A stretch of 62,158 nt of DNA, the filler included, from Platydemus manokwari (lineage: Eukaryota), in NCBI GenBank assembly GCA_037951405.1. It is 6 parts of 6 records of this genome, joined end to end, with 100 filler letters (N's around TTAATTAATTAA, not from the genome) between each part and the next. Parts side by side here need not be neighbours in the genome. Positions count along the whole stretch, not along the records: positions 1 to 11,599 come from JBBMOY010573329.1; positions 11,700 to 21,447 come from JBBMOY011210432.1; positions 21,548 to 32,901 come from JBBMOY010739981.1; 3 more parts are not named here. One strand, given 5' to 3'. Numbering within the stretch: position 1 is the first letter of the stretch; each line of letters starts with the position of its first letter. Both the position numbers and the translations under genes were made by a program. The notes below the pieces were generated by a model. The model ran no database searches, had not been told where the DNA came from, and saw only the letters and a list, made by a program, of their open reading frames with translations. Below, piece by piece: positions 10,106 through 23,203 of this stretch.

Positions 10106-11206
10106 TGTTATTGCCAATTATATTTTTATTCTTTTTATTTTTTATCATTCCGGACAAGCTAATTAAATGAATTATTTATAAATAAAATAAGATTATTAAA
10201 GAATAAAACCGGTTAATTAACCCGAAATAGAAAAACCCTTTGAATTTTCGCATAACAACTAGAAAATAGCCCCGATAAAAAATACACCGATGCAAAAATA
10301 GCCCGCATAAAATAAGATCGAAAAATGAAAATCACCCGCATTATCTCGGCTGGTAACTAGAAATAATACCCCGAATAAAATAAATATTCTTTATTAAAGA
10401 ATAAAGAACATCAAATTTCGCCCGCATTAAAAAACTGACAACCCGCAATCAAAAATATTCAATCAGATTAAAATGAAAAGAGCCCTCATTTTAATCAAAA
10501 TTTACCATCAAATAAATCCAGTATAAATAGGCCCTTAAAGTCATTAAGCCTTCGCCCCCAATATTAGAAACCACAAGCGTAGAATGCCCGAACTAAGAAA
10601 ATCAAGTATTCGTTGCAGAGTTGAAGAAGTCGCAAACCATTATTCCCGTTGCCATTATATGCCCAGATTTATCTGGAAGAATAATTTTAACTATTGTTTG
10701 TCGATTCAATAGGAGATTGCGCAAGGGTAAAGTAAGATCAATAGGTGTAAAATCATCATTTATCTACACAATCGAAGACGCATATTCTTCCTATTTATAG
10801 GACTAAGTCCAAATACCTTTAACACCCGGTTCTACCTCTATTGGAGGATTGTTACCTTAGCTTGTCTGGAATTGTGTCATAATTGTTCCATCGTATTGAT
10901 ATATTTAACCATACTTGCTATAGTCTTATAAAAATAGTCAATTTTTATTGTAATTTGGTTAAACAATATAGTTTTAGTAGTCATACACCGAGTTACTTTT
11001 GATTTGACAAGTGTCCTAAGGAATCATTCATATTTTGATACAAATCATCATCATTGTCAAGTCATCACCTTTTTATAAAAGGGTACATAGAGAGGCGTGT
11101 AATATTAAAGTGAGACTGATCCCAATAAGCAATATCATTGAGCCGTTCATCTCGTCTTCATACGGTGATAGCAACGATCCAGGCGAAGGAAGATCAAATA
11201 ATAACA
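10106..11206 (+). mobile_element. 3' LTR (~1.1 kb) of the env-bearing element
   Basis: 7-bp terminal inverted repeat TGTTATT (10106) / AATAACA (11206), TATAAATAG at 10522, and position just after the last ORF. The PPT is not cleanly adjacent (AGAAAAAGAGA lies at 10057-10067). Confidence 0.65.
10301..10530 (+). promoter_or_regulatory. LTR U3 promoter: cluster of GCM-type RCCC(G/T)CAT sites and a TATA box
   Basis: GCCCGCAT 10301, ACCCGCAT 10334, GCCCGCAT 10420, GCCCTCAT 10482, near-match ACCCGCAA 10441, TATAAATAG 10522. Confidence 0.5.
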
Positions 11207-11213
11207 TAGGTTT

Positions 11214-11599
11214 AGTTGATACTTAGGGATCAATAGAACCACGAAGGGACTGATTAGACTCTGATATTGGACAATCAAAAAGTTATAATTAAGAGAGACT
11301 GATTGTAAAACAACAAGAAACAATAACCCCAAAATCGAACAAAGTTTTAAATTTAAATTTTTTTGTTTTTAAATATTCTTTTTATTCTTATATATATCTA
11401 TGCATATGTTGTATTTTAATGTGTCGGGTAAGGTCGGATTCCACAGTTAGCTTCAATGAAATTAAATGATGAAATAGTTAAGTTATAAGCACATTGCGTC
11501 ATAATATTTATTGAAAAATCTCCAATCAACCGCCAATCAATTATTTAAACAAACACCACGTGTTTATTTATTTAATCACGTTACTCGCCTCCTCTTAAG
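11214..11599 (-). mobile_element. 3' LTR (AGT...ACT termini, ~370 bp) and PPT of a Gypsy element cut off by the contig end (family B)
   Basis: Minus strand: PPT AAGAGGAGGCG, then AGTAAC (11585)...TCAACT (11214). Homologous to 28522-28899 (aaacaccacgtgttt, ataagcacatt, cgcct..tcttaag). Confidence 0.7.
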
Positions 11600-11699
11600 N
11601 NNNNNNNNNNNNNNNNNNNNNNNNNNNNNNNNNNNNNNNNNNNTTAATTAATTAANNNNNNNNNNNNNNNNNNNNNNNNNNNNNNNNNNNNNNNNNNNN
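11600..11699. other. Artificial contig-joining linker (N44-TTAATTAATTAA-N44)
   Basis: Identical 100-nt linkers also at 21448-21547, 32902-33001, 42380-42479 and 52993-53092. TTAATTAATTAA puts a stop codon in all six frames. Confidence 0.95.
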
Positions 11700-14600
11700 T
11701 AACATGTTGAAATGACTTTTATATATTGTTATGGTCTTGGGAAATTATAAAGTAAAATTTTAGTTCTCCAAAACAAATACTCACAAAAGATAAAAAAAAC
11801 AGAAAATAGTCTTATTTCATTGGGAGTTTATGCTCAAATTTCTCTATGAATGGAAGCTTTGAAATGAATCACTTAATACTACAAATTATCCCTATTTTTG
11901 TCGTATACCATAGCAGAAACGATCAAATAATTCATGATAAATTTTGTCCATGATAAATATTTAGTCAATAGTACAGGACCTGCTAATTAACTGAAGCTTT
12001 TTGAACTTCAATTTGTATTTGTATGAACTGTCCTTTTAAGATATATTTTGATATATCTGTGTTTTTAAGAAGCTGTGTATTTATATGAAAGCGAACTTTT
12101 ACGCAAAGAAAAATGTCTAATAAGCAGTTCATATTTTAATACTTATAATTTCGTTCAAATTAAAACCAGCTGTAAAGTTGGCTAACAATTACTATTACAA
12201 TAAGCCGATTTGTAGAATAAAATCTAATTTAAATATATTTAAATCTGATTTCTGACGTTGTTAGATTATTTAAAATATAATTATTAAGAAGGCTGATTCA
12301 ATTATTTAAGGAAATAGCATGTTAAATCGCAATGCATAAAAAATTATTTTCATTGATAGGGTCTTGGAAAGCAATAATAAATAAGGGAACTATTATCATT
12401 TAAATTCAGAACGAAATACTATAATCTATGCAGAAATAAAAGACTCAAATCACTGAAATTGGAATATTAAGTTTGATAATAATTCATTTTGAATAGTTAA
12501 CATAAAGGATGTATTTATATTAATCATATGAAATCATAACTGCTTCTATTTTAATATAAATATTTCATTTAATACGATTTTTTTTATCCTAATATTCAAA
12601 CAAGTTTTTCAAAACAATTTTAAAATTAAAATTTTTTTTAGTGATAGTAAAATATATATATTCAATATTTTAAAATTTATTTTTAATAATATGTCAATCC
12701 TTATATAAAATTTGTAATAATTAATAGACTTATTTAACGGAAACTACTGTGTTTCATTTTTTGATAAATAAACTAGTGTAGCATGAGAAAATGGTTTTAA
12801 TAGTTTGGTGAAACAACATAATTGAATTTGTCATTTGGAAGAAGCAATAAAATTTATTAATTCCATTTGTCTTTGGTTTTCTATTTATAAAAACACGAAA
12901 TCACCTATTTAATACACTTTGTTAATCACACAATATTAATTAGAATCCCAATATTGTAAATGGTTATTATTAATTAATTTGGCTCTTGTTATTATCATAA
13001 TAATTAACAAATTAAATGATAATAATTATCATCACTGTAGAGCAAAAATGTTGTGATATAACAGACAAACTAAAGTTAATTACATTTAATTAACTAGCAG
13101 CATCACATTTCATCTACATGATAACGTTTAGAAATAAAAAATCAAAACAAACGAATACTCTGTAAATATTAGAAACCTAAGATTTGATTGATTACAAGTC
13201 TAAGCAAATAAAATATTATCCATTAACAAAAAACTTCACTTTTTAATATTTTGAATTTATTGCTTTGTAGTTTTTCAGTTATATTAACAATAATTGATTG
13301 TAACTTTCTCACAAAAACGTTCAAATCGATGAAGTTGATTGTAAAATAACTGAAACTCAATTCGCTAACAAATAGATTACTGTATAATTCCAGTACCTAA
13401 GTCATTCTTTTGATAATTCTTTCTACTAAATCTTAATATTAGTTTTTAAACATGCCTTTGATCATTTCCTTCATTATTATATTTAGATGTATCTTTTCTT
13501 ATTTATTTATTTATTAGAAGAAATCTTGAATTATTTTGAAAGAATTCATTGAATGAATACTCAAATTCACTCACTGGGTGTCTTTATTAGTCTGGCATCT
13601 TCATTATGCATCACCGTGTTCAAATTTTCCGAGATCAGATATTATTCTGTCTTCTCAAGTCAAATGTAGAACCACAGTATGAAAAAATATCAAAATATTA
13701 TTTAATGTCCACATAATTTAAACAACTTGTCGCTCCACATTTAATTTTCTTATAATAAATAAAGACTAAAATAAAATAATAGTCATCTTGTCTTGGTTTA
13801 GCAACTATTATAAAAGATCCTAAATCGGTCCTTCATATGTCTCGGTACATAGATATAGACGTAAAGAGATTTTTGAGGATAGCTTTTCTTTTATATCTCA
13901 GCATGAAATCAATAAACAAAATATATTGTTTGAGAATAATATCTTTAATGGTAAATAACAACATAACTGAATTGTAAAAGATCATAATATAATAATAACT
14001 GGTAATAAACAGAACCGGAAGAGAACAAAAGTTCCTCAATTAAAGTTGTTTCTTTGAATACTTAGGAAAAACGCGTAAATCTCTAAACAACTGATTATAA
14101 TTTCATTAGTAATTAATACGTTTGAAAGGAATAAATAAATTACTCTACTCGTAAATTTTCTTTGGTTTGAGAAATTGTTTTTCATAGCATAAGTCACTCT
14201 TGTTTAAATCGCCCATCGCATATATCTGAATTCATTGTTATGAATCTTAATTCAGTTAGAACATGAACTTTTAAATTCTAATAACACTGTTGATGTTAAT
14301 ATTGAAATATTTTTGGAATAATTTATGCTTAGGATCAGCAGATTTAGTTTGTCCAAGGAACATATCGATTTTCAAGTCTAGGAATTATATGTTTAATGTG
14401 ATGTCTACCCCTACCTCCTTCTCTTTCTCTACCAATCTCTCTACATATAACCTAATCTAAATTATATATAAATAAAACGTTATATAAAAATAATAATGTA
14501 TAAATTATATATTAAATATATTATATGAACTAATTTCTGTAAATGATAAAATGTAATTTTTATTTCATAATGAATAATAATAATTTTCAGGACACAATCA

Positions 14601-15209
14601 AATCTATTCAAATCATAATTTATAACTCAAGCTTATTGAATTATTTAATTTTTGCTCTACTAAACAGCGCGACTGATAATTTCCATGGCACGTGTTACCT
14701 ACGTACATATTTAATTACTTTGACAACAAATAAATACTTCCGTCTTATCTCCAGTGTAATAAATATAAATTTTAATAATAAAACTGGAAAACAATATTGT
14801 CGACTCGTTGATAATTATTAAAATGTGATGGAATTACAAAATAATAACTCATTAGTTTTATATAATATCATTGAATATTACCACTGCTAAAATGAACAAA
14901 TGATGTTTGATGCTTCACGTATAATGGCTGATGAAATGACAAAATAGTATCAGTTTGAATTCTCTTACCACTTAAATTTTTTAGATTCCGACAAGTTGCT
15001 AAACTTAAATTGGCTTTGTTGGAAAAAATTGAGAGTATGACAAACCTGGTGCTTGGAGATGATTACTAAACTTTGTTGAAGTTGAGATCACAAGATTAGT
15101 CGAAAAATAATAGTTAGTGCATCTTATATAGGTGAGAGATTGAAAATAAAGAGACAAGGCTCTAAATGGTCTGATTGAATTCCAAATTCTACCTCTGGTG
15201 TAAATGAGG

Positions 15210-15791
15210 TGTTGGGTAGATCACAAATGAACCAAAAAGGTTACAGAAACAAATGAAATAACACTAAAATGGGTAGACACACATGTCCCGTCAACCAATC
15301 AGATTCGTTTTAATATAAAATCATATTTAGGAGCTAAAAATTGACAGGCACATATCTACAAATGGCAGCAAACTCAAATATCTGCCAATAGAATAAGAGA
15401 CCCGAGAAAAATTTTAAACAGACCGATCTACGAATGAATTCAGGAAATCGAAATCTCAGACTCGTGACATCAAGCAGACACATCCCATGTGTCTATAAAG
15501 GAGATTGAATCCCATGAGTAACTACCTGTCTTGTTTGGTCGGTAATCTTTTTGGTTGCTTTCTGTTCTCTGTTTGACTTTCACTTTTTATTAATGACTTG
15601 TGAACTGTATCAGTTTATAAATCGAGCTTGTGATATTGTAATTTAAATGATTATTTTCAGGTTTTTTCAGTTAATACCAAACATAATGTTAGAATATTTT
15701 CCTTTTGAATTTCTTTTAATATTTTAATTTATTTAATTTTACCTTTGTTATTGATTGCATTTATTAAATGTACATTTCGGCCGTGAGAACA
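15210..15791 (+). mobile_element. LTR (family A), diverged copy of 2620-3223
   Basis: TGTTG...AACA termini and shared internal blocks with 2620-3223; preceded by purine-rich aaatgagg. Confidence 0.6.
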
Positions 15792-17281
15792 ATTATAACT
15801 TGAAAATACTGGTCTTAAGAAAGGTCTATTGGTTTTGAGTAACTTATAATAAATTGATTTTCCAAACAAGTTGATATTTGAATTCATCCTGTCCTCATGT
15901 CTCAAAAACTTAGGTGGGATTTCGAATTACATAAATGTTTAACCTTTATGTGTTGGTTTCTTTCATCAGTTTACCTTATTCTCTGATAATTTTTGATCAT
16001 TTTAATGAACTATTATTATAATTCATAAAACCATAAAATCAAGTGTCAATCATCTAAAATGTGTTTGGTTTATTATAATGAATGCAGAATAATTTACATT
16101 ACCACTTCGTATAACATACAAGCTGTTGACTGGAAAGTAAAATTCAAAAAATAATCATGTGAGTACTTAGTTAAATAGAAAAAAAAATTCATCTAAAAGC
16201 ATTTTTAACATCAATTTTTCCCAATTTGTAATTAATAAAAGTAAGATCTATCACATTCGTAAACACGCACAGAACTATTTAATGAAACGGATTTTCAAAC
16301 AATTTTTAATGGATCATTTAATTTATTTGTGTCGATCTCATTTTTAAATCCAATTTCAATTATGAAATAATCCGATAACAATTTTTCGTTTGATAATTTT
16401 GTCCTCAAGCACTTATCAGTCTGCACGATCTCGAATATTAGATGTGTTAATTTTTTCAGAAACTCGCAATATGATATCATTAATTAAATATCGAGGAATT
16501 ACGATAAATTTTGTTAATTAGTTATATAAACCGCAGTTACAGTTGATTATGTCAACAAAATTTCTAACTATATTTAATAAAATTCAATTTTGAATGATTA
16601 ATTTTTTAAAATAATAAATATTTCAAAAATTGATTTTATATGAACTTTTTCATGAACTTTAAATTGAATTTAAAAAATCGGTTAATAAAAGAATTAGAAT
16701 TAAAATTGAAAATGTGTATTACTAGGTTGAAATTCAATTGATTTTGCTTTTGAAACGAAAAAGTCAAAGCTATTACAGGAGATATTTAAAATTTCGAAGA
16801 AAAGTATGCAAATTTCATAGAGTTCCTTCGGTACTTTACTGTACTTCAGAAAGGTGTAGAGAATAAAGAGGATTCTAAAAATCAATCATTTTTCAAGGTC
16901 ATATACATATACTGAAAGTAAATTATTCCACGATCCAAACTTCGAATTAATAAATTTAACTGACTAACCAGATGAATGACCAAAACACTTCCAGAAACTG
17001 TCTAGCATCTTCACTGAATAATAAGAATCTATAGAAACTCTTTAATTTTCTTATTTAATGAAAAAAACTAAATCATCTCTATTCAATCGCGCACCAAAAA
17101 CAGAATATATTTGATAATCACTATCAACTATTTTCAGTCTCGAATCTGTTTCTGTTTTCAGTTAGGCTAAACCAACTGTGTCAAAATTTATAGCTACAAT
17201 AGTTTTGGGATTTTATTTGATATGGCATGATTAGAAATTATATTATTTTTTCAATGATAGTTGAACTTTATTTTATACATC

Positions 17282-17797
17282 TGTTAAGTGAGACGAAATA
17301 TTACAAAAAAAAACGGATTTGCATCTTGGAATCCTTGTTTGAGCACTTTAAACATTTTTATGCCGACACAACAGTGCAAGCATAGTAATCAATCAGTTAT
17401 AGCGGAATTAGATGGAAAACAACAATTAGAAAAAGAGCATAGCCACAAAACACACACATATAAGGTTTGACCAGTCCCACACATACAAAAATCAGTAAAC
17501 CCAATAGGAATATGGAAAAGTGAAGATAAAATCAAAGAATGATACAAACATGACACAAAATTTACACACAGATCTCCAGTATAAATACCGATGTAAAGAT
17601 GACTAATTGCCAGTTGAAAGCCAAGTTTTGGTTACGCTTTTTGAGACATTGTATTAAACTTGTGAGCCGTACTGAGTAGTACAGGTCTAACTTGTAAATC
17701 GATTTTGATTGTATTTGTGTTATTTTGTGAATCATACTGATTAGTACGCGAATTGAAAATAGCTTATAGCCTTCTTGTTCTAAATCGAGACCCAACA
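17282..17797 (+). mobile_element. Solo LTR with 4-bp target-site duplication
   Basis: TGTT...AACA termini, CATC on both sides (17278-17281 and 17798-17801), internal TATAAATA at ~17580. Confidence 0.7.
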
Positions 17798-18916
17798 CAT
17801 CTTCATCAAATAAAGCAGCATTTCATGTAGCATTTCTTTATTTAATCATTTTCCCAGTGATTCTATCACACCGGCCTCACCAAATTATTGGTTTCGAAAT
17901 AGATTTAATAAGTGCAATCCTATCGGAACTTCAAATAAAAAGTAAGAATTTATTACTGTTTAAATTATTTATTCATATCATAATTTTAGAAAATAACTTA
18001 ATATTAGCTAATAAAATATCAGTTAAAAATAATATCAACAATTAAATAAAAATTTACAAAAATTAGATTGTTTTTGGGTAATTAAGCAAGTGTCTATGTT
18101 TGCGCCAGTGTTGAAAATTACCAAATAATTTTCTGAGGGATACATTTCGATCATTGATTACTTCTATTCCTATTACGACTACCACTACAATAATATGGCT
18201 GCATACACGAATGTTAAACAGAATGAGTTAGATTGGTTCAAGTATCACGCTAAGAAGAAAAAGGAAAACTTTAACAAAACTATGCTTTATTATTATTTTT
18301 TCTTCAATTTCAATATAATCACATTGTCTGTACCAAAATTGGTTAAACACATTAACTATTATCATAAATTACTTATGTTAATGAAACTTTCGAATTCCTA
18401 ACTTTTAGTAAATTCAACCAATAAAATCATTATCGAATAAGCCAAATTAAAAAAGCCAATAATTAACAAAAATACAGTTTATCAAATTCATTTACAAATT
18501 AAAGCAAAAAAGCATTCCAAAAAAGATTAAAATAGAATTAGTAGCCGTTTGCATTACCCATGTCTGAAACAGATTAAACTCAATTAAATATTTCTTTAGA
18601 TTAATATTAAAAAATAGTTTATAAATATCATATTGGAGAAAAAATATTTCGAATCAGTTTCAGAGAAATATTGTTCTGCTTATTAAGATCAAAACAATCT
18701 TTATAAATATCTTTTGATTTTTATGCAAATATCTTTTGTTCCAGTTTTTGTGTACCAAATGTCTTTTTAATAAAATAATGTCGGAAATGAGCGGTTTTAT
18801 TATTTTATGTATCGGTCTATGAATATATTCATATAAGATAATAGAATATCAAAATTTTGCATCTTTTCGTTGGAATAATTATTATTCAGTAAATTTAAAA
18901 CTCAAATGAATATTGT

Positions 18917-19030
18917 AAGTCGCTACTATTTTATAAAACACACATCGAAAACGAACTGAAAAGGCACGACACCGAATTATATATTTAAATACAATTATTT
19001 AAGCAAATTAATATAATTTTAAATAAAATA
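18917..19030 (+). repeat. Dispersed ~110-bp repeat, probably a DNA-transposon terminus (other copies 55120-55228 minus, 58699-58800 plus)
   Basis: Shared sharp end TAAG(C/T)CGCTACTATTTTATAAAA, then ..CATCGAAAACGAACTGAAAAG..AATACAATTATTTAA (more diverged in the 55 kb copy). Confidence 0.7.
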
Positions 19031-19066
19031 AATCTTTAAAAAATAATCCAATTAAAATTTCTCAAG

Positions 19067-20794
19067 TCAATAATACAAGATCTCTATAAATCGGTTTACC
19101 TGTACACCAAATAATATAATTTAAATAATATTAAATTAATATTATTTAAATTATCAAAGGTTTAATCAATAAATTAAGTATTAATTACCGAAGCTTTAGA
19201 TCCCGATACTATTTTCAATAAATTTCCAGGGCATTTAATGGAAACTTTGTAGTAGTTATCAACTAATACCGTAGCAGTATTTTGTGATGGACAAGTAAGT
19301 GATTCTGATCCGATAGAAATTTTAACTTGTGACAGCTTAGGATTATATGAATACTAAGTAATTATAATTTTTTGATAAAGTTATAGAGCAATAAAATACC
19401 CTCTGACATGATGCGCCATAATATAAATCTCCACTATCATTTTCTACATTATTTTCAAAACATAAAGAATCTGGCCCATAATATGAAGGGACAATGTTGT
19501 ATCGACCTGGATCTAAAATTGATTTTTAATTACTTACAAATTTTAAACATAAACTTATTTGCAAAATAAATGATAAAATAAAAATACAACGCTTAAATAA
19601 ATTTAACATGTATATAATATTAAAATTACACTTAATCTGAAAAGTAAATTTATTTGTTCATTATCAAAGTCTGTTATTTTTCAAATAAATTCACAAAAAA
19701 TGAGTGATCGAAATTAATTTCATAGATATGTAATTCTAAACACGATTACTTTATTTATTTAATGAAATAATCCTTTGTTAAATTCGAGATTTTAACTCTA
19801 AAGTTGAGACAATATTGGTTAAGTCAAATGAAATAAAGAAAACGTCTGTAATGCACCATATAATCATAACCTCGACAATGAATGTATTATTTCCAACTCT
19901 ATTCCTTTTCACGAAGCTTGAAAAAGAAATAAAATAAAAAAAGTTATTTCCTTGTTATAAGCAGGAAAATTAATTGATTCTAGTAATAAAAAATAAATCG
20001 ATCCGGAAAACATATTATCATATGAAATTGTAATTTAATTGACTTTGCAACATTTATAAATATTTATTATTGCTTCAGAAGTTTGCATTTAAAATGACAA
20101 ATGGAAAATAAGGATTATTTGTTTTTGCAAATGCTGTCAATCATGTTGTTGTGGTATTAAGATTGCGAGACAACATCCTGTGAACTTGATAAAAAATTTA
20201 TGGAATGGAAATATATAATTATAAATCTTAATAAATTACATTGTAAGTATTTCATACTTTTATTGTTCTTACGGATTTATTTTTGCAAAGATTAAACGCA
20301 AAATATGTGTTTGTGCATGTGTGTGTATTACGAGAAACAAATTTTGCTATGTAGCAGGTGTAATAAGAATGAGGTTAAAGTATTGATCGATTCTAGAGAT
20401 GTCAATTCATGTTGGTATGAAAGAATTTATGATTTTATAATTTTAAAATAATTACTTGAGAATAAAACAGATAATGTTAGTCACAGTTGTCGAAGTCAAG
20501 AATATTTCGAAAAAGAAATTGAGAAATTATATCAAAATTACCAACTTTTAATAATCCTCACTCTGCTAATGGTTGTTAGATTATTTAGTCAGAAATAAAT
20601 ACAGATTAGTTTGTAAAGGAATTTGATTTTTCGAGAAAATATTTTGAAATTTCAAATCGTATGTAAAAAATATTTGAGATAAATAATGAAGTATGTCAGA
20701 AAATGGTAATGAATAATAAACATAATTATCTCGACTTACCCATAAGACCGTTATTACTAACATCATTGCAAATTGAATTTGGCCTCGTGAACAC
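19067..20794 (-). CDS. 3' exons of a leishmanolysin/invadolysin-like (peptidase M8) gene; catalytic part not in this contig
   Basis: Phase-consistent exons 20794-20740, 19512-19400, 19353-19189 and a possible last exon 19099-19067 give VFTRPNSICNDVSNNGLMDPGRYNIVPSYYGPDSLCFE...GASCQRYSY...VKISIGSESLTCPSQ...VSIKCPG. This fits the M8 C-terminal pattern YGxxSxCF..C..C..IxCP. Not in the ORF track. Confidence 0.65.
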
Positions 20795-23203
20795 CTAAAT
20801 GATTATAATAGATTAGTAAGAACAATGACTATAACTAATTATATTATATTATTAATATTATTAAAAATTACATTTAATCATTATTTTACCCTATGAATTA
20901 TTAGGGTATTAAAGAAATTGCATCATTGAAAATTAGGTTTAATTTATAAAATAAATTTCTGCTTTCTACATAAGAAAGCAGGTGAAGGGAATTTTAATTT
21001 AATAATAGTTTATAGACTTTGAATGATTTTAAAAAATTGATAAAATAAATAAATTCTTTCTTTTTGCAAGATGGGTTGATTCAGACTCAATTTTAAAAAA
21101 AAAACTTAATCTTAAAATGTTCTTTGTAGATGTCCGGTTATAATTCACAAGCATCTTTAACAAAATAAAACAAAATTACTTGATCTAAAAAGCCCTTAAA
21201 TGAAAAATTAAGATAAATATTTTCATTAAGTTCTGGCTCATTACTAACTATGGTTTTTTATATTAATAATGTTCTGGATTTGATGAAGGAAGTTGTTTCT
21301 GATTGAATTGTAACAAATCTTATTGTCAATATTTAATGGCACTATTTTTGAAAATATCATTTGAATGTATTTAATAAAATATATTTTATTTTCTTTCAAT
21401 ATTCTAGGAATTAAAAAGTCGTGAATTTCATTTGGATTTTCATTTTANNNNNNNNNNNNNNNNNNNNNNNNNNNNNNNNNNNNNNNNNNNNTTAATTAAT
21501 TAANNNNNNNNNNNNNNNNNNNNNNNNNNNNNNNNNNNNNNNNNNNNTTACAGAAAAATAATCATAATGGTGTGGATAATTTTTCTGAAAATCAATAATA
21601 ATAATAAATGAAAATAAATTTCTGAAGACATCAAGAATCAGTTACAAAAAAAAGCACAGAAGATCTGAGTATATAAAATGATATCATCATATTGTCATGG
21701 ATAGCACATAATTATGGGAGCTATGTATAAAATTAAATAATAATGAAATAATAATCACAATAAAAAATTACTATCATTAATGTTAATGATTAAAGCACAA
21801 TATTTTGCTGAAACCAGTTTTTTTTATTGTTTTATAACGCTAAACGATAATTAATGTGCAGAAATTATTTATTTAATAATGAAACCGTTCGTAAAAAGGA
21901 TTATCAGAAATTCAAAAATCATAACTTTATTTTTAAAAGGATCTATGTGAAACACGTCATTGATTATATCGGATAACTCATCTAATAGTCACACTACAAT
22001 GACCTAGAAGATGTAAACGTGTATACTACATTGTATGTGTGTGTGTTGCAGAACAAGAACTCGATAAGTCTTGGTTCCATTTGAGATACGAGATACAATC
22101 AATGCAAATTTCAATAATAATATATATGTGAATTGTTTTTGTCAAATTGTAGACGGCGTACAGAATTGATTGACCACAATAAATTAATCATGACATTTCT
22201 AATATCAATTGATTCATGCCAACATGACAAAATGTCTATATCAATGTATCACATGAAGCGATGCAATATACTACACAATTGTAACAGATCTAATAACAAT
22301 ATCTCTATTTTTCTTTATTGATGTCTGTGGTTGTAAAATATTTCTGTCCTGTACAGAATGAACACAACGTTGAGAATATTATCAGTTAATATATATAAAT
22401 CGTATTCAATCTTATTATTTTGGTCGAGACATTTTTCATTGAACTATTGTAGATAGTTGGTGTGAAAAATTTTCTGAAATGAATTTTGATTTGTGTTGGA
22501 AGAAGCAAAATTGGTTTTCAGTTGGTTGACAACCTTTCTCTAAGCTTGAATCATCCTTAAAAAATCCACTTAGACCCGAAACATATAGATTAATTATGGA
22601 AACTGTTGAAATGTTCTAATTATTGATAACCAAAATACAATCCCATAAATAAGACTGAGCACTTTTCAAATCATAATTGACATTCAGATATGACGTTAGA
22701 TACATTCCAAATAATCAGTCATTACAATTTCATAACTTAAAATGATTATTATTGTAGCCATATTAGTGCGGATATTTCTACTCTATTCAATTGCTTCGAT
22801 TAAAATCATCAATAAAGTCAATCCTCGGAATCAGTGTTCATTCGGTTAGAGCAATACACACTCACTGCACACACACATGAAATGACTGATGAGATAAACT
22901 GAATGAAAGTCATTGTCTATCAGTAATGTTGTCAGCAACCAATATAAATAATAATTTCACTTTAATTTGGAAACCACCACATATATTATCAATTTTAAAT
23001 CCAAACTTTAATCGTTCATAACATCTAAATTGTAGATATTTTCAAAATCCTTAATGTCGAAATCGTCTTGTCATCAGATTGGTGTACATAATAATTTATT
23101 TTAAATATTGATTATAATAATCAATTATTAATTCATTTAATTAAAAATATTTATTCATAGGTTATTTTTTATTAAAATTATTAATTAAAATAAATTAATA
23201 TAC

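Larger units (their letters stand above)
3903..11206 (+). mobile_element. Decayed envelope-bearing Ty3/Gypsy LTR retroelement, 5'-truncated: env - (deletion) - RT end/RNase H - integrase - membrane ORF - ORF X - 3' LTR
   Basis: Same-strand, purine-rich, stop/frameshift-disrupted coding blocks ending in a TGTTATT...AATAACA-bounded LTR. See sub-features. Confidence 0.75.

Noticed and set aside
20738-20755. ACGGTCTTAT resembling a flatworm spliced-leader fragment
   Set aside because: A short chance match inside a coding exon, with no full leader or Sm site.
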